From Octopus bimaculoides (taxonomy: Eukaryota), in contig NC_068982.1 in assembly GCF_001194135.2 (NCBI RefSeq), forward strand, positions 150,253,255-150,317,254: a stretch of 64,000 nucleotides of DNA, read 5' to 3'. The notes beneath the pieces are model-generated. The model searched no databases. It worked only from the letters and a program-made list of their open reading frames with translations, and was not told the origin of the DNA. Shown one piece after another: positions 12,681-24,160 of this stretch; the first letter of the stretch is position 1, and each line of letters opens with the position of its first letter. Position numbers and translations under genes: made by a program.

Positions 12681-12737
12681 TATAATATATATATATATAT
12701 ATATATACATGTATAAATTATATATATACATAGGACA

Positions 12738-13030
12738 TTCGACTCACGATCGTAAGGTCGTGAGTTCAATTCCTAGGGACGCGTTGTGTCTTTGAGCAAG
12801 ACACTTTATTTCACGTTTCTCCAGTCCACTCAGCTGACAAAAATGAGTAGTACCCATATTTCAAAGGGCCTGCCTTGTTACACTCTGTGTCACGCTAAAT
12901 CTCCCAGAGAACTGCATTAAGGGTACACGTGTCTGTGGAGTGCTCGTCCACTTGCAAGTTAATTTCACGAGCAAGCTGTTCCGTTGATCGTATCAGCTGG
13001 GACCGTCGTCGTCGTAACCGACGGAGTGCC
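12738..13030 (+). mobile_element. SINE family c (tRNA head, ccttgagcaagacacttt core, tail ending gtcgtcgtaaccgacggagtgcc)
   Basis: Collinear with 48330-48630; shares its 3' tail with 40645-41030. Confidence 0.88.
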
Positions 13031-13116
13031 CGGTGATATTATACATATACATGTGTATGTATTTATATATACATGTATATATACATATATATATATATAT
13101 ACACATATATATATAT

Positions 13117-13147
<31 letters not shown>

Positions 13148-13162
13148 TATGCATATATATTA

Positions 13163-13202
13163 TATTGATCGTTCATTCACCAAAGTGCAAATCTGTGTCT
13201 TT

Positions 13203-13266
<64 letters not shown>

Positions 13267-13306
13267 AAAGACACAGATTTGCACTTTGGTGAATGAACGA
13301 TCAATA
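13163..13306. repeat. Perfect 144-bp palindrome: 44-bp unique arms around (TA)n
   Basis: tattgatcgttcattcaccaaagtgcaaatctgtgtctttatca-(TA)n-exact reverse complement. Confidence 0.93.
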
Positions 13307-14467
13307 ACAATCTTTAGTGGATTGATTGGGACGTAAATAATAGAGATGGTGAGAAGCGCAGAGCCTGCTGAAATAGATCAGTCTGGGTGGGTCTGGAAGC
13401 ATTCGGGTGTCGAACATGGAGACAGAGAGAGAGGGGGGTGTACAGTGGATAAGTGTTTTCTGTGTTTATTGGTGGATATACGTTTACACATTGATCTAAG
13501 ATATCCTCAAAAATCGCAGCTGTTAGTAAACTTGCTTAGGCATTAAAAATCAGCTGAATATTACCTCTGAAAAACATTCTTCGAAATGACTGAATGTTAT
13601 GACATTCAAATAATGGGGCATTTCTTCAAACGAGAACTGAGAGCGTACCTTTTACTTCATACTTATTATTTTGTATTTCTATAAGGTGATCATTTACGCA
13701 CAAATAGAATAAACGTTTACACCAAACCCCGGCAATTAGACATATTTGTGTTAAATCTTCATTTTGAATCAATGGGGATAAAAGCTAAAATTTAAACTTA
13801 TTGCCGTTCTCGATTTTGTATCTTTTTCCTATACATGTATTTTTTAAATTTATTCTCATCACCAGTTTCTTAGAATATCTGTACAATCTTCGTTGCTCTA
13901 TTTTGATTATTTTTCCGGTCCTATATGTTCTTTAAGAAAATTACTATTTTAACCAATGAAATTATTTCTCATAATGTTTGCATGTGCAAATACAATATTT
14001 TACCTTTAGTAGTAATGTCCAGAATAGACATTGCCCATCACATTTTATTTGTTCAGTTGACAGAAATAGAGAGAACGCTATAAGAAATACAACAGACTTC
14101 GCAGAAAGAAGACAATAATGAAACAAAAATGATTAGCTTCACTTTTATGAACCCATCAGTTTGGAGGTAGCAAAGAGGCAAAAAATATCGACAATAAACG
14201 TGTGATGAACCGTTGTTATGGCAAAAGAAATTGCCCTTTAAACGAAGAATTCATAAATGCAACACACGAATTCACATAATATGAAAACAAACAACCTGTC
14301 CATCGGGGAGACCTGAAGAACAGCAAAAATATAATCAGTGTTAATATACGTTACGTAGATGACAGTCGATGTAAATCATTTTCGTGAATCTGATATGTAT
14401 TTCACTGTCAAGTCATGCTTGTGTTCCTAGTCCAAGGCATGTGTATGTGTGCACGCCAGTTTGTGTG

Positions 14468-14510
<43 letters not shown>

Positions 14511-15721
14511 ACGCCAGTTTGTGTGTGTGTGCGTGTGTGTNNNNNNNNNNNNNNNNNNNNNNNNNNNNNNNNNNNNNNNNNNNNNNNNNNNNNNNNNNNN
14601 NNNNNNNNNNNNNNNNNNNNNNNNNNNNNNNNNNNNNNNNNNNNNNNNNNNNNNNNNNNNNNNNNNNNNNNNNNNNNNNNNNNNNNNNNNNNNNNNNNNN
14701 NNNNNNNNNNNNNNNNNNNNNNNNNNNNNNNNNNNNNNNNNNNNNNNNNNNNNNNNNNNNNNNNNNNNNNNNNNNNGAGTGTATTTTATTAATAAAGAGA
14801 AAGTTTTCGTTGCCTTATGTTAATGATGTCAATGGAACATATTAAATAATTCAATAGATCAGAAACAAAAACAGGATGTATACAGAGAACATTTCTTGAA
14901 TAACGTTGAATATATTATATCAGAGAGGCAATTATAATTGCTAAAAGGACAAAGAAACAAAGAGGAAAGAGAAGGAAAGATTGCGTCATAGAAAATAAGG
15001 GGAAAATAGCGTTGTGGAAGAGATATTAATAGATAGCGTATGATATATGTGTCTATATGCGTGTGTACATATATGAACCATAGATGCATATATGTGTGTA
15101 TATTTGTTTGTATACATAAGTAACTTATTGAAAGAAATACTAGTACACAAATATAGATACAACATACATACATTCATACATACACATAGACAGGCATACA
15201 GACAAACAGGCATACGTATGTGTGTATATTTATGAGTGTGTGTGTGTGCATGCGTGTGCGTGTGGAGAGATGAGGAGCGAGAGACAAACAGACAGATAGA
15301 GAAGTAAGAAAGAGTAGAGACACGGACAATAATATAATGATAAATATCTAGACAGGCAGACAGATAGCGATCTATCAGACTGAGTGAGATAGTAACAAAG
15401 AACAGAGACAAAACGATTGATTTCATTATTGATGTTTAGCGTTGCTGCAAAGCGAAACTGTGTAGGAAGGAAGTATAGTCGTTCCAGTCCATCCCTAGCA
15501 TATTGTAGGTATTTATATTATCGATCTACGAAACATGAAGTTGAACCCAGGAAAATTTGAACGTAGAGAGATGTAATTAAATACTACGAAGCATTTTGCC
15601 TGTATGATATTTTTTTCTAAAGTTAAAAGTGAGTAGTAAGATTAGTTATAGTTGGTATGTCTTACTAATGAATAGTAGGCCTGGCACAAAAACCGGCTCT
15701 AACACCTCTACCTAATTTTTG

Positions 15722-15925
15722 TGCTCACTTGGATCGGTAGACTCCTATCCGATCGTCCTGTTGCAGCATGTGTTGACGGAGCTCATTGACTCCACATTCA
15801 ATCAATTCTGGTGTTTCCTAGGGTTCGGCTTTGTCCCTCGTTCTAATTCTTATATACTGAAGATCTACTTGCTGCCACCTCCAGTAAAGCCCACTCTTAT
15901 GCAGATGGCATAACCCTTCGTTCTT
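15722..15925 (+). mobile_element. LINE reverse-transcriptase fragment (CR1/L2/Jockey-like)
   Basis: Reads WIGRLLSDRPVAACVDG..INSGVS*GSALS..LIY.EDLLAATSSKAHSYADGITL, matching the SGVPQGS and YADD motifs with frameshifts. Confidence 0.75.
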
Positions 15926-16783
15926 CTCCAGCATTCTCCCACATGCATCATCCACACACAATTTCTTTTCCCTAGAAATACTTCCATTCATTGTAAATTT
16001 TGTCCTCGCTCTTCGTCTCCCTCTCTCCTTCTCTCCTTATCTCCCTCTATCTCCCTCTCTTCCTTCTCTCTCTCTCTTTCCTTTTTCTTTCTCTCTCTCA
16101 CTCTCTCAGATGAGAAATCTCAAGCAATAATAGACTGAACATTAGTTGCATTAACTTAACTCGGCTACCCTAATCTTCGGGCGTAGATAAGCCTAAAGAG
16201 GATGAATCTTTTCATTTTTAACCAAGAAGTAAAAAGAAACACACTGCTTCTGTTCTGAAACATACTTTGTGCTGTGTTCATACTTCTTCCTTTCTTTCTG
16301 TCAGAGAATGAGTACAGTCCTTCAGTAAGGATCAATCAAACCGATCGCCTTCCATACGTACATTTCCTCCTTTGATCTGCTTTCACAGACAACAGAAGAG
16401 TATATTTTCCCTATATCAAACATGTTTGTCATTTTTCTTAAAATTTATTCATATGTGGAGTTTCTCTCTCTCCCTTTCCCCCTTCTCTCTCTCTCCCTTT
16501 CACCCTTCTCTCTATCTCCCTTCCCCCCTTCTCTCTCTCTCACTCGCTCGCTCGGTCGCTCTCTGTCTTCTTGCCGTGTCAAACTATATTGTAAATATTT
16601 AGTAGGAGGAGAAAATCCTAACCTCAACACTTTCAACTTCATCCATACTAATTCACTATACTTATGAAAGGAAACTATTCTTGCTAAAAAAAAAATTGAT
16701 TGTTAACTTATTGTTTGACATTCAATAGCAGTTTCGGTGATCCGACATAGTACAAATATCACTTCTTGGACACACCCATTGTA

Positions 16784-17011
16784 TTGGGTTGTCCGGAAAG
16801 TTCGTGCCGATTTATAGTAGCTTACCTTTCGACTTATTTACCATGAAACCACCTCAATTCTGGGAAGAGGGTATTTTCAAGTTAAAGGAAAGATGGAGAT
16901 GCATTGTGCAACAAAATAGTTCATATTTGGTTGATTAAAAATGTAATGGCAAGTATTTATTGACCTTTTTCTTTCCTTTAAAAATCGACACGAACTTTCT
17001 GGACAACCCAA
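16784..17011 (+). mobile_element. 228-bp mariner deletion derivative (MITE) with TA TSD
   Basis: TIRs ttgggttgtccggaaagttcgtgccgattt / aaatcgacacgaactttctggacaacccaa, TA on both sides. The interior encodes the transposase C-terminus FWEEGIFKLKERWRCIVQQNSSYLVD*. Confidence 0.93.
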
Positions 17012-17530
17012 TATTTCTAAGTTTGTTTAACTTACTCTAAAATACCTTTTGGTAACACTGACAGGGTTAAAGAATAGTTTGTAACTGTTCATATCCTTAG
17101 ATCTTTAAGTTTTCCAGAAACTTACATAATGCATTCTTATTGCAGACCAGAGCATGGCTCAGATAAATATATAACTAGATTAGAGGATTTTAGTTTATTG
17201 CCTTATTGTTTTTACCTTTTTTTTTTTTTTTAAACCCAATAACATCTTCAGCATCATTAGCAACAAAAACAGACACAACTTTGCGAATGCTCACAACACT
17301 CCAATAACTTCAGATAATGCTACAGAGATCATATTTAAATTAGAAACGGATTTTCGTTATATGCCATTGGAGTTAAGAGATCTGTATTAATAAATTACAG
17401 TCTCATTGATATATTGTCTGCACACAATACATCAATGACATCATTTCTTAAAAGCAAAATCAACAATTTAAATAACAATAACAACATAAATAACAATCGA
17501 GGACAACTCGATGGCAATGGTCTTTCTTAC

Positions 17531-17608
17531 CTCCGAATCATGCCAACTAGGAACATTCAGATCCAATAAAAAGAACAATTCAATCATCAATACAGGAGAT
17601 TGGAAATA
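17531..17608 (-). CDS. Candidate internal coding exon (YFQSPVLMIELFFLLDLNVPSWHDSE), phase 0-0
   Basis: Strong acceptor aataattgtttcag and strong donor GAG|gtaaga; 78 nt; only one frame is open. Confidence 0.45.
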
Positions 17609-17749
17609 CTGAAACAATTATTGTAAAGTTCTAAAGTCTTTTGATTGGAATTCTGACAGTATTCTTTAGACGTGGGAGAGGGGGAGAATGAAAGAAAGAT
17701 TAATGCTTGAATGTGAGTTGGATAATCTTTAATGCTGTCAATGTTCAAT

Positions 17750-17763
17750 GTTTCCATGGCAAC
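17750..17763. promoter_or_regulatory. RFX X-box motif GTTTCCATGGCAAC
   Basis: Exact fit to the GTHNYY-AT-RRNAAC consensus in non-repeat sequence; function not shown. Confidence 0.35.
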
Positions 17764-17849
17764 GCAAGTCTTGACATGTTAGTTTGTAATCAATTTGGGA
17801 GCTTGTGGCAGCAGCAACATCTACAGAATCCACAGTTGTATGAATATCT

Positions 17850-18070
17850 ATGGTTCAGGTGAAAGTGCTTGGCCTTGTGTTCGGCTCTTGATAATAAGAT
17901 TGTGAGTTCAAATTTAGGACCAAGTGGTGCGCTCTGTGTTTATAGCAGAGTATTTCATGTCAAGTTACTTCCAGTCTACTCAGCTATAAATAAGTGATGA
18001 TGTTGCCCTCTGTCCCAGGGTGAGGGTGTTGCCCTCTGTCTCTTCAGCTATCACATCTTCGATGTTCCAC
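17850..18070 (+). mobile_element. Old degenerate tRNA-headed SINE
   Basis: B-box-like gtgagttcaaat and the core remnant ccagtctactcagctataaat. Confidence 0.5.
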
Positions 18071-18924
18071 TGGGTCAAGGGAAGGGTAAGTGGGTGAGTG
18101 GGTGAGTGGGTGAGTGGGCGTCTGAGTCTGTTCCCAACTCCATGGACACCTTAAACGATTAGCGAAAGCCCTGTACATGTTACCAAGCTACACTCTCGGG
18201 CTGATGTTGGCTGACTTTTCTATCCATAATACATAAAACAAGATCATTACTCTGGATAACTATCAACAGCATAAGCAATAGCAAACGCAGAAATAGCAGT
18301 TAAACTTTCCTGAAATCACGCCCTTACTACGTTGTATAACAAAATACATTTGATAATGTAATTTTCTATATGTTCTTTTAATAAAAGACGAGATGGTCAT
18401 GGCTGGACATTACTCATCTAGGATCACTAACAGTGGCATAAAATTCTCATAAAGATATGTATTTGTTTATAGATATTGCTGGTCTATAACTTTAAGTTTC
18501 TAGTTGATTTAAAGCATTTATTTTCATTTGACAATGTTCACTTGTGAGGAAGAATTACAGCTGGCTGAAGCAATGTGTTAGTCGTACTATTCTATGGACT
18601 GTTGAAAAATAAAAGCGAAAAACTGTATTCTAAATACAAGAAACTAAAATGGTAAAGTAAACGGCAAATAAAAATATGAGTAAAATAGTTGATTTGGCAA
18701 TTGCATCAGTAAAGATTATGAAACTTGAAAATATTCATTATATCTGCAGGCATCTTCTCTGGGATAGCAAAAGAAATTTTTTACATTAAGTATCAAAATC
18801 GTTTGAATCATATCTCATAAGCTATTTCAAGATATGTGTTTTATTAGATATTACTGTTTTGTTAAAAAGTTGGAGGACACTTTCTCTAGACCATAGGACA
18901 ACATGCCTCGTGGTATTCAGTTCT

Positions 18925-19186
18925 AAATTAAAGTCCTGCTCGGCTCCACTTGGCAATTCAGTTCTTCCGAGGTCGAAAACAAATAAATACTAGTCAAATA
19001 TGTTCGGTGGGGGGGGGGTCGAATTAAACGACTATACTCCAGCATGGACATAGTCCAATGGATGAGACCAATAGAAGAAGAAGAAGAAGAAGAAGAAGAA
19101 GAAGAAGAAGAAGAAGAAGAAGAAGAAGAAGAAGAAGAAGAAGAAGAAGAAGAAGAAGAAGAAGAAGAAGAAGAAGAAGAAGAAGA
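18925..19186 (+). mobile_element. Chimeric SINE remnant ending in (GAA)n
   Basis: Family-b-like block (ttccgaggtcgaaaacaaataaatac) joined to a family-a-like tail (ctccagcatgg..agtc..atg), then (GAA)n at about 19074-19186. Confidence 0.6.
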
Positions 19187-19999
19187 TTTATATCCATTAT
19201 CCATGGAAACAAACTAACGTCTATGCTACAAGCTTCTGGTAAAATCAAACTAGCTTGAATTCTAAGAAAGATATAAAAAAAGAAAAGTCTTTTGTGCGCT
19301 GATTATCTCTTTGCTGACTAATTGGCTGGTTACATTGTTATATTGTTAAAATGTTGGTTAATTGGAAGGTAGGTGGTTAATTTCGCTTATTACTCTAGTG
19401 GATATTTTTGGTTAGAATTATACTATTACGGAGATTATGTTTGCGGTAGGGGTACTATTCTTGATGTAAGAACAGTCCGAATATAAATCTATGCACTCAA
19501 ATACCTACATACGAATGTGTGTGTGTGCGCGTGCAATTGCATATATTTGTATTATATTATACATACATACATACATACATACATACATACATACATACAT
19601 AATCAACCAGTGTCATGTAAATATTCTCGATTAATTTCCGGCAACTGCCATAGCCTTATGGAAATTAATCTATAATATTAATGATGTTTATGAGTCATAC
19701 TTAGTTGGATTTTCTTTTGATTCTACATATTTTTCTCCATTTATTTGTTTCTTTAATGCAAGTCTCATCACCGCATACCCAACCTCCACAAAATATGCAA
19801 TTCTTGCTGTTTCACCTGTCAGTTGTTATAACATAATTAATCTTATCTGTCCAGCTCCTAAAATGCTGCTAGCCTGTTGACAACAAATATTACACTGATA
19901 TTGTTTCATCGTTGAGTTCTGTATAAATGTGTCTTTATTTTGGATTTCGGGATCAAATTAAATATTTGTTTTCATTGCTGTTATCGTTTTGCCTCAAGT

Positions 20000-20120
20000 C
20001 AACTCTGACTGAGCCGATCTATGATGAAAATCATTTCCGCCATGACCACCACCTCTTATTCAAATAGTGTATCCGAGATAACAACATCCAATGTGTCCTT
20101 CCTTTTCTGAAAATGAAAAA
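20000..20120. repeat. Interspersed repeat family d (other copies near 18300-18420, 43350-43420, 53570-53760, 60740-61080)
   Basis: Shared strings catccaatgtgtcct and, in reverse, tagcagccaaatc..tcaaatcacacc across copies; class unknown. Confidence 0.55.
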
Positions 20121-20317
20121 GCAGATTAGGCTTCTCTTTCTACTAGGCTCTTTTGTTAGCTCGGCATCGATGTTACTATTTTCACTTTTACAAAAAAGAA
20201 AAATTAGATCCGTAAAATATATCAGAGAACAACTTATGACTATACTTTTGAAGTTTTGAAGAGGTTATATTATTTCTTTCAATATATTTGAGGATAACAA
20301 GTATATACTTATTGATT

Positions 20318-20521
20318 ACTCTTTACTCTCTTTTTACTCTTTTACATGTTTCAGTCATTTGACTGCGGCCATGCTGGAGCACCGCCTTTAGTCGAGCAAA
20401 TCGACCCCAGGACTTATTCTTTGGAAGCCTAGTACTTATTCTATCGGTCTCTTTTGCCGAACCGCTAGTTACGAGGACGTAAACACACCACCATCGGTTG
20501 TCAAGCGACGGTGGGGGACAA

Positions 20522-20564
<43 letters not shown>

Positions 20565-20907
20565 TATATNNNNNNNNNNNNNNNNNNNNNNNNNNNNNNN
20601 NNNNNNNNNNNNNNNNNNNNNNNNNNNNNNNNNNNNNNNNNNNNNNNNNNNNNNNNNNNNNNNNNNNNNNNNNNNNNNNNNNNNNNNNNNNNNNNNNNNN
20701 NNNNNNNNNNNNNNNNNNNNNNNNNNNNNNNNNNNNNNNNNNNNNNNNNNACACATATATACGACGGGCTTCTTTCAGTTCCCGTCTACCAAATCCACTC
20801 ACAAGGCTTTGGTCGGCTCGAGGTTATAGTAGAAGACACTTGCCCAAGGTGCCACGCAGTGGGACTGAACACGGAACCATGTGGTTGGTAAGCAAGCTAC
20901 TTACCAT
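20318..20907 (-). mobile_element. SINE family a, full length, with an N gap in its internal microsatellite
   Basis: Head, internal (TA)/(GT) tract, and tail ggcggtgctccagcatggccgcagtcaaatgactgaaac + taaaagag repeats. Confidence 0.93.
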
Positions 20908-22129
20908 CGTGCTTACTCAAGTACAGCATTGAACATCTACTTGGTAAGTGCAGTAAAGCCTATACTTCGCTACAAAAGTCTAATATGACAAGAAACTGCC
21001 CGAATATTTCTCCTGCACTTGCCTAAATGATGAAAATGTATTTACATTAAGCTGATGTTGCCTTTTCCTCACCACAATGGTATTTCAAATTAGATGTTTG
21101 CGGTGCTCACTGCATTATGTACGCTACACTAACCTAATGAGTACATGACCTGAAAAAGAGATCAGCTTTATATCTATATAAAGATATTCGGAACAGTGTG
21201 ACACACGTTCTCATAGCTTAGTCACAGAGGGAAAGTAGTATCCTTGACCTTTCCAAAGTCTCTGAGACTGTTGCAAGCAAAAGAGAGACTTATCCTCGTA
21301 CAGAATACATGTCCGAGTAGTTGTAAGAATATACTTCACTAAAACCCTCGGACCAGGAAGTGGTGATAAACCAGATTAAGGATTAAGCGATTTAGCCCAC
21401 AATCTAAACGCAGAAACAGTTTCCGCCTACCAGACTTTACTCATAAGTGTTTGATCAGCTTGACAACTAGTGTGCAGTAAGATTGACCCTGAAACAATGT
21501 AGTTGCGAGGAAAACTTCTTAACCACACATACAGTAGTTATGTATCTAAGATAGCATACTTTCAAAAAAAGAGCGATTGTAGATTTAACTCTTAACACAA
21601 CTTCTAGTCTTGCATCTAATTAAGACAAAACCCACATATTGGGGGAAGAAGCATGAAGTAACGGAATATATATATATATATANNNNNNNNNNNNNNNNNN
21701 NNNNNNNNNNNNNNNNNNNNNNNNNNNNNNNNNNNNNNNNNNNNNNNNNNNNNNNNNNNNNNNNNNNNNNNNNNNNNNNNNNNNNNNNNNNNNNNNNNNN
21801 NNNNNNNNNNNNNNNNNNNNNNNNNNNNNNNNNNNNNNNNNNNNNNNNNNNNNNNNNNNNNNNNNNNNNNNNNNNNNNNNNNNNNNNNNNNNNTAGGAAG
21901 CGGTCTGGCTTCCTAGGGCTAAACAGCAGTAGTATATTCCCTTATCGGGACTGTCACGTTAAGTTGGCAGTATACAACTACTTTATATATATATATATAT
22001 ATATATCCTAGTAATTACTATAAACTGTATTTAAAACGTTACTTATAATTTATATATTTTCCAAAGAACATGTAGCTTCTAAATTGAATTAGCGACAACG
22101 CACCAACGGAATATTCTTTTATTAACTTG

Positions 22130-22208
<79 letters not shown>

Positions 22209-22372
22209 GTATTTCGTCTGCCGCTACGTTCAGAGTTCAAATTCCGCCGAGGTCGACTTTGCCTTTCATCCTTTCGGGGTCGATAAATTAAGTACCAGTT
22301 GTGTACTGGGGTCGATTTAATCGACTGGCCCATTCCCCCAAAATTTCAGGCCTTGTGCCTATAATAGAAAGG
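22209..22372 (+). mobile_element. SINE family b, 5'-truncated, between two (TTA)n tracts
   Basis: gagttcaaattccgccgaggtcgactttgcctttcatcctttcggggtcgataaattaagtacc...ccttgtgcctataatagaaagg-(ATT)n. Confidence 0.92.
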
Positions 22373-22428
<56 letters not shown>

Positions 22429-22429
<1 letters not shown>

Positions 22430-23425
22430 TTCATACAAACTCAACAGATTAGATTGTTGGAAAAGAAAGAAATCTTAACATCGGGGTACAAGTAACCTTA
22501 GATGCCAAGAATCTTCCTAAGTATCCTAGCTGTCCCTAATAACACTGTTTTCTAGAGCTGTACTAAACTGTCTCTTTGTCCTCTATCCATCTGCTAAGAT
22601 CTTTAGAGATAGTTCCTAATGCACCTATAACTACTGGGATACATTTTACCCGCACTTTCCATAGTCTCTGTAATTCAATAGCTAGGTCCTGGTACTTTGC
22701 TATTTTTTTCTATACTTCACATATTAATTTTTTCATCATTTGGGACTATGAAGTCAATTATCTGGCACTTTTTGTTCTCTTTATCTACTACTACCAAATC
22801 AGACCTTCTAGCTTCTATTACTCTGTCGGTCTGAATGCTAAATTCCCACCACATCTTATATTTCTTACTTTATAGTGCTTTACTAGGTTCATGTTCATAC
22901 CATTTATTAGTATGTTCAAATCCCAGCTTTCTACATAGTTCCAGTGGATTAGTATCCCTAGATTGTCATGTCTTTTCTTGCATTCTTTCTGTGCCGCCAT
23001 GCTACATTCACTTACTCTATGAGTAACGCTTTCCTCTTTTGATTTGCGTAATATACATTGGGAATCTACTTGGTTTTTGTCTATCTTGGCTTTTATCCAA
23101 TTAGTCCTTAATGCTTGATCTTGTGCAGCTCCTAACAAACTTTCTGTCCCTCTCTTCAGCTTTCCTTTCTGCAACCATAACCATGTCTCACTACAACTAT
23201 CTGCTGCAACTATCTTTGAAAATCTATAATGCATCGCCTTCTCCTGCCAGTGAGATAATTTCTGTTCTTTTTTCTGGATTTTTAACTTCCTTTGGGTTCT
23301 TGGTTTCCCTGTGTCTTTTAATAAACTTTCTTCACTATTACTTACATAGGAGTCTATATCTACTCTAGCTAACTCCATGCGGCCTTCTATTGATATTAAC
23401 CCTCTTCCACCTTCCTTTCTAGGTT
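22429..23425 (-). mobile_element. 5'-truncated Dong-like element (lineage E) flanked by (TAA)n on both sides
   Basis: Reads PRKEGGRGL..WLQKGKLKRGTESLLGAAQDQALRTN..RHD..IHW..FSIQTDRVIEARRSDLVVVDKENKKCQIIDFIVPND..KYQDLAIEL..IPVVIGALG..LGTARILRKIL*. Confidence 0.92.
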
Positions 23426-23443
23426 GTTTTATCATTATTATTG

Positions 23444-23505
<62 letters not shown>

Positions 23506-23895
23506 AATAATTATTATTATCATTATTATAAAATGTCACAAGCTGCATATCCCGAAGTGATTAGCCAGACGTTTAATTGCGTTTACTTTTCTTGTCTTTT
23601 CAGTATGCCTAACAACGTTAATGTCACAAGCTTCGGCAGCTAATATGAGATCAGGTGAGTAATATTTAGTATAAGACTGAAAACATTCAAACTTGAAATA
23701 ATATTTAATTAGTATTTCTAACATGGACAAAAAGCTACACATTTTATGGGATAGCATTATCAATTTTATCCACCCCGCTGCTTGAAATGTAGTCTACGGC
23801 TACACTCACCTCTTTTGACGCTTTCTTGTAATGATCTCTAGACTACATCATCATCACTATCATCATCATCGCCACCACCATAATAATAATAATAA

Positions 23896-24160
23896 GTATT
23901 CAAGATGTGGGGCATGAAGTTAAAAACAATACCAATAATAATTGGAGTGTTGGGCATGATAAAAAAAAACATGAACAAAAACGCAGAGGCTATACCTGGA
24001 TCCTCAACACTACACACTATCAAAAAAAATAGCCCTACTAGGAACAGCCCACATCCTACGCGAGACACTATCAATTCAATAATACAACCTAAACAAAACA
24101 ACCCACAAACACAAGTCACTCTATACAGCAATTATTTAGCCAAAAGTACAAAATTTAATA
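23896..24160 (+). mobile_element. Short Dong-like 3' fragment (lineage F-like) following TAA repeats
   Basis: Reads MWGMKLKTIPIIIGVLGMIKK..IPG..ALLGTAHILRETLSIQ*. Confidence 0.85.

Noticed and set aside
14150-14365. NCPL and RYVDD motifs suggesting a Penelope fragment
   Set aside because: The motifs are in the wrong order and the intervening frames are closed.
19399-19445. Further small exon candidates (19399-19445 +, 16305-16324 +, ~30658 +, ~19815 -, ~24640 -)
   Set aside because: In 64 kb of AT-rich sequence such AG..GT frames arise by chance; the phases do not chain consistently and there is no homology support.
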